This document shows positions 46,284 through 56,231 of a DNA stretch of 64,000 nucleotides, piece after piece (within the stretch, counting starts at the first letter, position 1; each line of letters opens with the position of its first letter). The notes beneath the pieces were generated by a model. The model worked only from the letters and a program-made list of their open reading frames with translations, was not told where the DNA came from and searched no databases. Origin of the DNA: Candidatus Falkowbacteria bacterium RIFOXYA2_FULL_47_19 (GTDB lineage: Bacteria; Patescibacteriota; Patescibacteriia; Patescibacteriales; UBA12075). The translations under genes and the position numbers were made by a program. Location: positions 92,161 through 156,160 of the forward strand of contig MFGB01000016.1 of the NCBI GenBank assembly GCA_001780275.1, written 5' to 3'.

Positions 46284-46679
46284 ATGAACATGGATAAAAA
46301 GACAACTAGATATTTAGGGATCGATTGGGGAGAAAAACGGATCGGGCTGGCGCTGGGGGATGACGAAACCGGGATTGCGACGCCCTGCGGGGTAGTCGAT
46401 TCGGTTGCCGGTATTTTGGATTTGACGAAAGAAGAGGAAATAGATAAGATCATAATCGGGCTTCCGGTCAAGATGTCGGGCGCGAAGAACGAAACTTCGC
46501 CCGCTTTCGATAAGTTCGTAAAATATTTGCGGGATAATTCCGGCGTTCCGGTCGAATTCATGGACGAGAGGCTAACGAGCAAAGCCGCAGACGCGTTACC
46601 GGGAACTAAAAAGACCAAAGCCGCCCGCGACTCTATCGCGGCCATGCTTATCCTCCAGGCTTATCTGGATAAATCTTAA
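46284..46679 (+). CDS. ruvX: Holliday junction resolvase-like protein RuvX/YqgF
   Basis: YLGIDWGEKRIGLALGDD...IIIGLPVKMSG. Confidence 0.8.
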   Translation: MNMDKKTTRYLGIDWGEKRIGLALGDDETGIATPCGVVDSVAGILDLTKEEEIDKIIIGLPVKMSGAKNETSPAFDKFVKYLRDNSGVPVEFMDERLTSKAADALPGTKKTKAARDSIAAMLILQAYLDKS

Positions 46680-46693
46680 TCCCGTCTATCGCC

Positions 46694-47422
46694 ATGGAAG
46701 AAACTTACGCCACTCGGGCCATAATTTTAAAACGGGAACCGTTCCGGGAACGCGACAGCCGAATCGTCGTACTCTCTCCCGACCGGGGAAAGCTTGAGCT
46801 TATCGTTCGCGGCACCAAGAACTTAAAATCGAAAATGGCCGGCCATATCGAGCCGGTAAGCCTGGTAAATTTCATGGTAGTGCGCGGGCGTATTTGCGAT
46901 TACGCCGGGAACGCGATAAACGAAAAAAGTTACGCGGGGATAAAAAACGACCTGTCCAAGCTCGTTTGGGTCGGAAAATCCTTTAATTTTTTGGAAAAGG
47001 CCATAAAGCCGAACGAGACCGTCGACGCTGACCGTTTCTTCGCGCTTCTGAATGACTATCTGGAAATTGTCGATCGCGGCCTAAAGCCGGAGAATTACGA
47101 AATTTTCCATAATTTTTTTCTGCTTAAATCCATGTCGCTTTTAGGATACGCTCCGGAATTGTATAATTGCTTTCGCTGCCGCGAAAAGATCCTGCCGCAA
47201 GGGAATTATTTTAAGCCCGCTCACGGGGGTATCGGCTGCGGCAATTGCCGGGAAGCGCGCGGCCAGGATGATCCGGCGATTTCCGACAACTGCGTAAAAG
47301 TCTTAAGATCGGTCCTGAAAGACGGATTAAGCCGTTTGGCCAAGTTTAAAATCGACAATGGTCTGGGAAGGGAAACGATCAATATTATCGGTTCGTTTAA
47401 AAACTATCACGCGGATTTTTAA
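46694..47422 (+). CDS. recO: DNA repair protein RecO
   Basis: An N-terminal OB fold (AIILKREPFRERDSRIVVLS) and a C-terminal Cys4 zinc finger (CFRC...CGNC). Confidence 0.8.
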   Translation: MEETYATRAIILKREPFRERDSRIVVLSPDRGKLELIVRGTKNLKSKMAGHIEPVSLVNFMVVRGRICDYAGNAINEKSYAGIKNDLSKLVWVGKSFNFLEKAIKPNETVDADRFFALLNDYLEIVDRGLKPENYEIFHNFFLLKSMSLLGYAPELYNCFRCREKILPQGNYFKPAHGGIGCGNCREARGQDDPAISDNCVKVLRSVLKDGLSRLAKFKIDNGLGRETINIIGSFKNYHADF

Positions 47423-47452
47423 AATTTTTAGCCGCGGAAAACCGGAGGGCTC

Positions 47453-47660
47453 GATGTTAAAAGCAGTGGTGATTTTTTTTATCTTTTTTGGTTTCTTGGT
47501 TTGGTTTTTTTTGAGGGGTCGGTCTTGTCCGGCCTGCAAATCTACCGATATCGATATCGATATTGAAAGATGCTTCGGACTTCCCATGCGCGAGATCCAT
47601 ACCTGCGAAAAATGCGGTTACCAATGGAAAAAGAATATTCGCGGGGAGCGAAATTTTTAA
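47453..47660 (+). CDS. Small membrane protein with C-terminal Cys4 zinc ribbon
   Basis: MLKAVVIFFIFFGFLVWFFL, then CPAC...CEKC. Start chosen at an internal ATG of the 100-aa ORF. Confidence 0.4.
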
Positions 47661-47683
47661 ACGCCGCCTAACGCGAGTAAAGC

Positions 47684-47710
47684 CTCCGGCATTTAAGCCG
47701 GAGTTTTTAT
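47684..47710 (+). terminator. Rho-independent terminator
   Basis: ctccggc-atttaa-gccggag followed by tttttat. Confidence 0.7.
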
Positions 47711-47797
47711 ATATTATCAGTCTTTGATGATTTTATGCTAATATTAAATAATATATATGTATCTGGGACGACGGAAGTATTGATTGTGAAGATTAAT

Positions 47798-47826
47798 TTG
47801 ACATTTATCTTTATTTTGGATAATAT
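47798..47826 (+). promoter_or_regulatory. Sigma70-like promoter (TTGACA, 17-nt spacer, TAATAT) of the aspS leader
   Basis: TTGACA at 47798-47803 and TAATAT at 47821-47826. Confidence 0.45.
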
Positions 47827-47839
47827 TATTTATAACAGC

Positions 47840-48020
47840 CGACAAATTGTATAGCCAGATGATCCCGATCGTGACAGCCGGGTGATGGCAGTAAAATAAA
47901 CATTAAAGAGGTTTCGGGCGAGCGTTCGCTTACCCGGGGCAAACGGGGTGGCACCGCGGATCGTAAAATTCGTCCCTGAATATCAACCATATTTTGGTAT
48001 TTAGAGACGAATTTTTTTAT
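47840..48020 (+). promoter_or_regulatory. T-box riboswitch leader (putative Asp specifier GAC) upstream of aspS
   Basis: The conserved T-box sequence GGGGUGGCACCGCGG at 47945-47959, where the UGGC bulge is complementary to the GCCA acceptor end of tRNA-Asp. A candidate specifier GAC-A lies at 47873-47876. A K-turn-like GAUGA/UGA pairing flanks the specifier region. The terminator is aaattcgtc (47966-47974) pairing with gacgaattt (48007-48015), followed by T7. Confidence 0.72.
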
Positions 48021-48072
48021 TATAATTAAGCCTCGTGTCACGCGTTTCCGCGTTTCATGCGGCCTGAAACAT

Positions 48073-49848
48073 ATGTTGCGTACGCATACCTGCGGGGAGA
48101 TGACTAAAAAAAATAACGGCGAAACTGTTACGCTTTGCGGCTGGGTGCACCGGCGGCGGGACCACGGCGGAGTGATCTTTATCGATCTTAGGGACCGGTA
48201 TGGGCTTACTCAGGTCAAGTTCGATCCGGAAAAAGACAAGAAAGCCCATAGTGAGGCCGAGAGTCTCCGGAGCGAATGGGTGATCGCGGTAAAGGGCAAA
48301 GTCGCCCTGCGGCCCGGCGACATGATCAATCCGAAGATGAAGACCGGAGAGATCGAGATCGAGGCGGGCGAACTATCGATCTTAAACCAATCGAAAACGC
48401 CGCCTTTCGAACTTGACGAGGAGAAGGCCAAAGAGGCCAACGAATCGGTCAGGCTCAAATACCGTTTCGTGGATCTGCGGCGCAATAAGCTTCAGGAGAT
48501 CATGAAAAAAAGAGACGATGTGATCCGCTATATCCGGGAGTACTTCCACAAGAACGACTTTATTGAGGTCCAGACACCGATATTGGCAAATTCATCTCCC
48601 GAAGGCGCGCGGGATTTTCTTGTGCCTTCCCGCCTGCATCCCGGAAAATTTTTCGCCCTGCCTCAGGCCCCGCAGCAGTTCAAGCAGCTTCTGATGGTCG
48701 GCGGCCTTGACCGGTATTTCCAGATCGCGCCCTGCTTCCGGGACGAGGATCCGCGGGCCGACCGGCATCCGGGAGATTTTTACCAGGTTGACATGGAAAT
48801 GAGCTTCGTCGTCCAGGAAGACGTCTGGAACATGTGCGAACCCCTGATGATAGAATTAACCGAAAAATTTTCCCATAAAAATGTTTTGAATAAAAAGTTC
48901 CCGCGCATCCCTTATCGGGAGGCGATGGAAAAATACGGATCCGACAAGCCCGATCTGCGTTTCGGTCTGGAGATCAGGCCGATTACCGACGCGGTCAAAG
49001 ACTGCGGCTTCGGCGTTTTCGCCGATACGGTCAAAGCGGGCGGCGTAGTTCATGCCTTAAAAGTTGACGGCGGCGCCAAATTCACGAGAAAAGAGATTGA
49101 CGATCTGACCGATCTGGCAAAAAGCAAGGGCGCGAAGGGATTGGCTTATATTCAGATCAAGGAAGATAAACTGCAATCGCCGATCATTAAATTCTTGGGC
49201 GAGGATCTGGCGCGGGAGATAATCGCTTCGGTCGGGGCCGCTTCCGGCGATATCGTCTTTTTCGGCGCCGACAAATGGCGCGCTGTCTGCGACGCCTTAG
49301 GCGTAGTCCGGAATAAATGCGGTGAATGGCTTGGACTCAAGGATAATTCTCAGGCGGCCTGGGTCTGGATCGTGGATTGGCAGATGTATGAATATTCGGA
49401 ATTGGAAGAAGGGCGGATAGATTTTTCCCATAATCCGTTTTCCATGCCCCAGGGCGGTTTGGAGGCATTGAATACCAAAGATCCTCTCGATATCTTAGCT
49501 TATCAATACGACTTGGTTTGCAACGGCTACGAGATATCTTCCGGCGCGATCAGGAACCATGATCCCGAGATCATGTACAAGGCTTTTGAGATCGCCGGTT
49601 ACACGAAAGAACAGGTGGACGAAAAATTCGGCGCCATGATCAGCGCCTTTGAATATGGCGCTCCGCCGCACGGCGGCATGGCTCCGGGCCTGGATCGGCT
49701 TCTCATGATCTTTTTTGACCTGGACAATATCCGCGACATCTACGCTTTTCCCAAGGACGGCCAATGCCGCGACCTTATGATGAATTCCCCGGCGGAAGTG
49801 GACGAGAAGCAGTTGAAAGAATTGCATGTCAGAATAGCGAAAACTTAA
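48073..49848 (+). CDS. aspS: Aspartate--tRNA ligase (bacterial type)
   Basis: Full-length colinear similarity to bacterial AspRS (FIDLRDRYG, LPQAPQQFKQLLM, FRDED.RADR, GLDRL). Confidence 0.95.
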   Translation: MLRTHTCGEMTKKNNGETVTLCGWVHRRRDHGGVIFIDLRDRYGLTQVKFDPEKDKKAHSEAESLRSEWVIAVKGKVALRPGDMINPKMKTGEIEIEAGELSILNQSKTPPFELDEEKAKEANESVRLKYRFVDLRRNKLQEIMKKRDDVIRYIREYFHKNDFIEVQTPILANSSPEGARDFLVPSRLHPGKFFALPQAPQQFKQLLMVGGLDRYFQIAPCFRDEDPRADRHPGDFYQVDMEMSFVVQEDVWNMCEPLMIELTEKFSHKNVLNKKFPRIPYREAMEKYGSDKPDLRFGLEIRPITDAVKDCGFGVFADTVKAGGVVHALKVDGGAKFTRKEIDDLTDLAKSKGAKGLAYIQIKEDKLQSPIIKFLGEDLAREIIASVGAASGDIVFFGADKWRAVCDALGVVRNKCGEWLGLKDNSQAAWVWIVDWQMYEYSELEEGRIDFSHNPFSMPQGGLEALNTKDPLDILAYQYDLVCNGYEISSGAIRNHDPEIMYKAFEIAGYTKEQVDEKFGAMISAFEYGAPPHGGMAPGLDRLLMIFFDLDNIRDIYAFPKDGQCRDLMMNSPAEVDEKQLKELHVRIAKT

Positions 49849-49885
49849 AAAATATAATTTTGTATAAGCAACAGGAAATAAAAAT

Positions 49886-49910
49886 GACTACTTTTTGTAG
49901 TCTTTTTTAT
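49886..49910 (+). terminator. Rho-independent terminator after aspS
   Basis: gactac-ttttt-gtagtc followed by ttttttatt. Confidence 0.6.
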
Positions 49911-50211
49911 TAACTAAAAATTTCCATATTGACGGGATGAGCGGGTTTTACCGCAAACTGTTTCGGGGATGTATTAATGTTAAAATTTTATTTACGGCAG
50001 ACGCCGCTGCCGCGGGGGCCTTCTTTTCGTAACCGAAAAGAAGCAAAAGGTTTTGGGGGCCTCAACTCGCTATCACATTGATTTATCTTATTTGGGTCTC
50101 GCCTTGACGCTCGGTTCGGCCCCCAAACCCCACGGAGGTCTCTACATGAAATAATAGCGAAGCCCGCCCTATGAAATTTTTTAACACCTTAATCCCCGTC
50201 GGACAAATAGA

Positions 50212-50244
50212 TGATAAAAGCCCCCGGCGTTTAGCTGGGGGCTT
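50212..50244 (-). terminator. Rho-independent terminator of the minus-strand oxidoreductase operon
   Basis: The plus-strand sequence agccccc-ggcgtttagct-gggggct is preceded by aaaa, which gives a U-tract on the minus strand. Confidence 0.6.
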
Positions 50245-50249
50245 AATTT

Positions 50250-50774
50250 TTAAATAAGGTTTTGCCCTTGTTCGTATTGGCGTTTTGTTTCTTCAGGGGA
50301 TGTTTTTTTGAAATTTTCTTTGATTATTTCCCAAAGACAATCTGATTTAATTTGCGGGACAAGTTTTTGGATCGCTCCCAGTACGACCAGGTTGGAAAAA
50401 GGTTCGGTTACGAGCCCCTTGATTTCGCGTTCCCGGGAGACGCAGGGGAGATTACTCGGGCGCGTTTCATAGGCGACGATCGTTCGCGGCCCCAGTTTGG
50501 AGTATTCCCGTCCGTTTATAACCGGAAAGAGGAGCTCCGCAGGCAAAGGGTCGGAGAGGATCAGGGTGACATCGGCAATTTCCACCAAGGGATAGATCAG
50601 GGGGCGGTCGGAAATGACTATGGAAGCGACAATGTCGCCGCCGCGGGCCTGAGGCGTATAGATCGAATAATCGGCCGGATAAAGGCCCTGTTTGGCGGCT
50701 GCCTTGGCGAGAATATCGCCGATCGTTTTTATGCCCTGGCCGCCGGTGCCGGTGATCAGAATTTGTTTTTTCAT
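50250..50774 (-). CDS. 2-oxoacid:ferredoxin oxidoreductase gamma subunit (PorC/KorC-like)
   Basis: ILITGTGGQGIKTIGDILAKAAAKQG motif. Confidence 0.8.
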   Translation of the reverse strand: MKKQILITGTGGQGIKTIGDILAKAAAKQGLYPADYSIYTPQARGGDIVASIVISDRPLIYPLVEIADVTLILSDPLPAELLFPVINGREYSKLGPRTIVAYETRPSNLPCVSREREIKGLVTEPFSNLVVLGAIQKLVPQIKSDCLWEIIKENFKKTSPEETKRQYEQGQNLI

Positions 50775-51670
50775 ATTGCCCCTCCGACGAGCCGCTCATA
50801 TTCTTCCTTGCTTTTAAAAAGGCCGCAAAGCTGTTTTCCTGCCCTGTCCGTCAGCGGCGTTTTGGTTGCTTTGGACGCGGAAATATAGTTGGCGTTGAGA
50901 TAGGCCTTGAGATCGGTCACGGAATAGATCCGGTTTTTGCGGTTGAAATGCGTGGCGCAGGGCGCGATCAGCTCCACAAACGAGAATCCTTGGTGTGCGA
51001 GTGCTTTCTCGCAGGTTGAGATAACTCTCTGCGGCTGGCGGGTAAGCACGATTTCGCGGGCGGCGAAACGTCCGCTGGCGATGAGCATATCGCTCTCCAC
51101 GGACGCGTTTAGGCCTTCGGCGCCACCTTCAGCCTCGGTCCGGACGCGTCCGCCGGCGGCGAGCACCAGGGATATGAGATCAAGCGGTTTTTCCGCGTGG
51201 CCGGCGGGCGAGGTTGAAGTGACTGCGCCGGTCGGAGTCGTACCGCCGGCCTGGCCGCCGGTCATGCCGTACACGAAATTGTTGACGCAGAAGACCGTGA
51301 TATCAAGGTCGCGCCTGGCTGCGTGGATAAGATGGCTCGTTCCGATCGTGGCCAGGTCTCCGTCTCCGCTTATCACTAAAACGTTCAATTCCGGTTTTGC
51401 CAGTTTAACGCCGGTCGCGAAGGCGATCGGACGGCCGTGGGTCGTGTGCAGGGTGTGGGTTTGCATGTATTGGTCGGGAATCCAGGCGGCGCAGCCGATG
51501 CCGCCGACAGCCACGGTCAAAGAGGGGTCAGCGCCGGTTTTTTCCAGAGCCCGCGCCAGGTAATTAAGAATCGTGCCGTAGCCGCAGCCCGGACAGAAGT
51601 CAGTCTGGCCCGGTCTTATCCAACGCTCGGGCGAGCGCTCATCGTTTTTGTTCATGATCGTCTCTCCCAT
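50771..51670 (-). CDS. 2-oxoacid:ferredoxin oxidoreductase beta subunit (TPP-binding, PorB/KorB-like)
   Basis: N-terminal CPGCGYG and TPP-binding GDGD...N motifs. The start overlaps the gamma subunit gene. Confidence 0.85.
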   Translation of the reverse strand: MGETIMNKNDERSPERWIRPGQTDFCPGCGYGTILNYLARALEKTGADPSLTVAVGGIGCAAWIPDQYMQTHTLHTTHGRPIAFATGVKLAKPELNVLVISGDGDLATIGTSHLIHAARRDLDITVFCVNNFVYGMTGGQAGGTTPTGAVTSTSPAGHAEKPLDLISLVLAAGGRVRTEAEGGAEGLNASVESDMLIASGRFAAREIVLTRQPQRVISTCEKALAHQGFSFVELIAPCATHFNRKNRIYSVTDLKAYLNANYISASKATKTPLTDRAGKQLCGLFKSKEEYERLVGGAI

Positions 51671-53028
51671 TCTTTGTTTAGAAAATAATCGATTATCCGC
51701 CGCGGCTCTATCGCCGTGCCGGTATTCTGCGTAAGCGATAAGGCGGCTGGATAAACCGCGCGCACCAGGTGGATCAATTGGCCCTGGTTCATTTCTATAA
51801 CATGCACTTCCGGGTTGTGAAGCAGGGCTTTTTCCAGTTCAAGGTCGGGGAAGGGGGAGAGGAATTTTATCGGGATCAGGGCGACGCTTTCGCCTTGCCG
51901 GGCCAGGCGCCGGACCGCTTCCTCCGCGGCGCGAACTACCGAACCGCAGGCGATTATCACGTGTTTTGTGTTTTTCTTTATTTTCGGGGCGCGCCAGTGG
52001 ATGTAAGCCCCCGCTTCCTGTATTTTTCTGGCAATACTATCCGTCGTCCATTGTTCCATATCGGGATTGGATGCGGCTCTGGTTCCGCTTTGGTCGTGCG
52101 TAGAGCCGGTAACGTGCAGAAGTTCCCGCCCGCCGAAAGGCGGCAGGGAAGCGGCGCGCCGTCCGTAATTTGACGGCGGTCCGAAATGGCGTTCATTCGG
52201 ATCATAAGCCCGATCATAAACCAGGTTTCTTTCCGGTATATCAACGATTTCTTTCAGGTGGGCGATAATTTCGTCGATCAGGATTATTACCGGCACCCGG
52301 AACATTTCCGATAAGTTAAAGGCCTCTATGGTCAGAGAATAACAATCCGCGATATCGACCGGGGCGAGCACGATCTTGCGGGCATCGCCGTGTCCGGACC
52401 AGATCGCCGGCATAATATCCCCCTGGGCCGGGCGGGTAGCCTGGCCCGTGGAAGGACCGGCGCGCATGACATCGACAATGACGCAGGGCGTTTCGGTCAT
52501 GACGGCGAAGCTGATGTTTTCCTGCATTAGCGACAAGCCCGGACCGGAAGTGGCGGTCATCGCCTTTTTTCCGGCGAGAGCCGCTCCGATCACGGCCGCC
52601 AAAGACGAGATTTCGTCTTCCATCTGGATAAAGCGGCCGTTGGGAATATTATTAAGTCCGAGCATTCCGTACATAATCTCCGAGGCCGGCGTGATCGGAT
52701 AACCGGCATAGAAGCGGCAGCCGGCATCCAGGGCGGGCAAAGCGATCGTTTCGTTGCCGGACAAAAGGTGGCGGCCGGGTTTTTGCGTTTGGACTTTATT
52801 CCAGCCGCCGCTTCCCGGGCCGCTGGCGGCTTCCGGAATGGATTTTTCCGTATTGTTTTCGTCAAGCACGATCGCTCTTTCCGGACAGATAAGCGCGCAG
52901 AGGCCGCAATGCCGGCATTCGGCCGGATTTTGCAGTTCGCCGTTCGGACCGAAAACATCAGTCGGACAGACGCTGGCGCAGTAGCCGCATTTTTTGCATA
53001 GCTCGCGCTTAATCGAGATTCTTTCCAT
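51652..53028 (-). CDS. 2-oxoacid:ferredoxin oxidoreductase fused delta (2x[4Fe-4S] ferredoxin) and alpha subunit
   Basis: The N-terminus has two clusters, CKKCGYCASVCP and CRHCGLCALICP, followed by an alpha-subunit domain of about 390 aa. Confidence 0.85.
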   Translation of the reverse strand: MERISIKRELCKKCGYCASVCPTDVFGPNGELQNPAECRHCGLCALICPERAIVLDENNTEKSIPEAASGPGSGGWNKVQTQKPGRHLLSGNETIALPALDAGCRFYAGYPITPASEIMYGMLGLNNIPNGRFIQMEDEISSLAAVIGAALAGKKAMTATSGPGLSLMQENISFAVMTETPCVIVDVMRAGPSTGQATRPAQGDIMPAIWSGHGDARKIVLAPVDIADCYSLTIEAFNLSEMFRVPVIILIDEIIAHLKEIVDIPERNLVYDRAYDPNERHFGPPSNYGRRAASLPPFGGRELLHVTGSTHDQSGTRAASNPDMEQWTTDSIARKIQEAGAYIHWRAPKIKKNTKHVIIACGSVVRAAEEAVRRLARQGESVALIPIKFLSPFPDLELEKALLHNPEVHVIEMNQGQLIHLVRAVYPAALSLTQNTGTAIEPRRIIDYFLNKEWERRS

Positions 53029-53280
53029 TTCTCTTGTCCTTTCCGATATGTTCTTTCGAAATTTTTAAATTGTCAAAATTCTATTTTTGCTTATATTACC
53101 AGAATATTATTTTTTTGACAAGAACTTTTAGCAAATTTTTCCGTTGCCCTTGTTACTTGAATTAAATATGGATATTTGCTAATATTAAGATAATGCGATC
53201 ATGATAACGCGTCAGCGCCAAAGAGGTGGTAATCGGACGGGATAGCCGGTATAATAAAATTATAAAATAGGTAAAAAAAT

Positions 53281-54672
<1,392 letters not shown>

Positions 54673-54673
54673 C

Positions 54674-54701
54674 GCGTAACGTGGAACGCGTAACTCATAA
54701 C
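54674..54701. repeat. Heptamer array GCGTAAC GTGGAAC GCGTAAC TCATAAC immediately after the asnS stop
   Basis: Four 7-nt units that share the ...AAC ending. Confidence 0.6.
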
Positions 54702-54730
54702 ATTTGTTTTTGCGATTATTAAATTTTTTT

Positions 54731-54756
54731 GTCATTCCCGCGCAAGCGGGAATGAC
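54731..54756. promoter_or_regulatory. Perfect 11-bp stem hairpin with GCAA (GNRA) tetraloop
   Basis: gtcattcccgc-gcaa-gcgggaatgac. T-run upstream, A-rich downstream. Confidence 0.7.
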
Positions 54757-54788
54757 AAATTATAAAAATTATTAATAAAAATAATTAT

Positions 54789-55673
54789 ATGGGAATTTTA
54801 GAAAAATTTTTCGGAACCAATAAAAAAGCGAAAGCGGAGGGATTCGACCGGTCGGAACGGGCCGCGGACGAAGTCTTAAGAGAACCGGCCGAGAAGCCGT
54901 CAGCGCCGGAGTCGGGAGAGGCGGAACCGAAGCCGGAGGAAACTCTGCCGGATATGGAAAAAGAGGAAGAATTGCCGTTTCATATCGATACGGCGGCGGA
55001 TTTTATCCGTCTGCTCGAACTCAGGTTTAAAGAAGCGCAGGAGAGCAAAAACAATGAAAACGAAAAAGATCTGTTTTATCAGATCATTAAGATCAAAAAC
55101 GGCCTTAATACCGCCGGTTTATCCGCAGACGAGGTGCGGGTCCGGGAGATGCAGCCGGGCGTTTTAGGCACGTTCGATCCGGGCAACCGCGAGATAGCGG
55201 GAGCTAAGGCCATGTTCGATGATTTCGGGAGCGACGAACGGCTATTCCGCACCGTGTTCCTCCACGAAGCCACGCATCGCGACCGGATCGCCGACGAGGG
55301 TTTCTGCGAACTCTCGGTCGAGATGAAGATCGACGCCGTACCCGGAATTTATAACACCGAAAAACAGAAAGCGAAAAAAACCTTTAATGATCTTTTGGGT
55401 ATGAGCGACGCGATCGAACTTTATAATATCGACGAGCCGGAAAAGCTGGCCGAGAGCTATATCGCGGCTAAGCTCGAAAAAGAGCTGGGAGTCAGGAAGG
55501 CCCAGGAAATCTTAGCGGATAAGAAAAAATTAGGCAACAGCATCAATAAGCTTAAAACAGAGGTGGGTGATAACCTGGAAAAGGGCGCGCCGCGCTTGTA
55601 CGAGAAACTCAAATCCCGCGGTTTTGATTTTAAAAAGAAGATCACGGCGGCTTTGGATAAGATGGGGAAGTAA
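54789..55673 (+). CDS. Hypothetical protein with an acidic N-terminal region and an HEATH (HExxH-like) motif
   Basis: The 294-aa product contains FLHEATHRD. No other recognised domain. Confidence 0.4.
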   Translation: MGILEKFFGTNKKAKAEGFDRSERAADEVLREPAEKPSAPESGEAEPKPEETLPDMEKEEELPFHIDTAADFIRLLELRFKEAQESKNNENEKDLFYQIIKIKNGLNTAGLSADEVRVREMQPGVLGTFDPGNREIAGAKAMFDDFGSDERLFRTVFLHEATHRDRIADEGFCELSVEMKIDAVPGIYNTEKQKAKKTFNDLLGMSDAIELYNIDEPEKLAESYIAAKLEKELGVRKAQEILADKKKLGNSINKLKTEVGDNLEKGAPRLYEKLKSRGFDFKKKITAALDKMGK

Positions 55674-55674
55674 A

Positions 55675-55730
55675 AAAATGCAAAATGCAAATCTCAAAAT
55701 GCAAAATGACAATGTAAAATTTAAAATGAA
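55675..55730. repeat. Tandem heptamer array AAAATGC (21-mer x about 2.5) upstream of the flavodoxin gene
   Basis: aaaatgc aaaatgc aaatctc aaaatgc aaaatga caatgta aaattta aaatgaa. It runs into the ATG codons at 55726 and 55735. Confidence 0.8.
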
Positions 55731-55734
55731 TATT

Positions 55735-56220
55735 ATGAAAGTATTAGTTATTTATTATTCCCGGACCAAAACGACTAAAAAGGTGGCCGAGGCGCTGGCC
55801 GAAAAATTAGGCGCCGATCTCGAAGAGGTCATCGACAAGAAAGACCGAAGCGGAGCCCTGGGCTGGCTCTCGGCCGGCCGGGACGCGACCCGGCGGTATT
55901 TGACCGATCTTGAGCCGGCGAAAAAAGCGGCCGGCGATTACGACCTCGTTATGATCGGCACGCCGATCTGGTCCTGGAACCTGTCCACCCCGATACGCAC
56001 CTATCTTTCTGAGAACAAAGAGGTTTTAAATAAAATAAAAACCGCTCTTTTCTGCACGATGGGCGGGTCGGGGCACGAACGGGCCGGCCGCGAGATGGGG
56101 GGCATTATCGGCCGGGAACCGGCCGCCACTCTCGGGCTTTTGACGAAAGAGGTGGTACAGGATAAATTCGCGGAAAAGCTGGAAGAATTTATTAATAAAA
56201 TCAATCAGACGATAAAATAA
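55735..56220 (+). CDS. Flavodoxin-like protein
   Basis: MKVLVIYYSRTKTTKKVAE...LVMIGTPIWSWN. The start is chosen downstream of the repeat array; the longer 55567 ORF reads through the repeats and the upstream gene. Confidence 0.7.
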   Translation: MKVLVIYYSRTKTTKKVAEALAEKLGADLEEVIDKKDRSGALGWLSAGRDATRRYLTDLEPAKKAAGDYDLVMIGTPIWSWNLSTPIRTYLSENKEVLNKIKTALFCTMGGSGHERAGREMGGIIGREPAATLGLLTKEVVQDKFAEKLEEFINKINQTIK

Positions 56221-56231
56221 TTTTTAAAAAA

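Noticed and set aside
47358-47452. N-terminal 31 aa of the 100-aa ORF overlapping the recO 3' end
   Set aside because: It overlaps recO in another frame. The TM-plus-zinc-ribbon module begins at the internal Met at 47453.
49990-50170. tmRNA / SRP RNA / RNase P RNA
   Set aside because: No tRNA-like 3' end with a T-arm, no SRP domain IV GGAA-type motifs, and no RNase P P4 or GGAAAGUCCGG signature. It is left as an unclassified structured region.
53030-53280. Second T-box upstream of asnS
   Set aside because: There is only a weak partial resemblance (GAGGUGGUAAUCGG). It lacks the ACCGCG core and any terminator/antiterminator pair.
55567-56220. Longer 217-aa version of the flavodoxin ORF
   Set aside because: It overlaps the 3' end of the upstream gene and reads in-frame through the heptamer tandem array (MQNANLKMQNDNVKFKMN...). 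The flavodoxin fold begins at MKVLVIYYS (55735).
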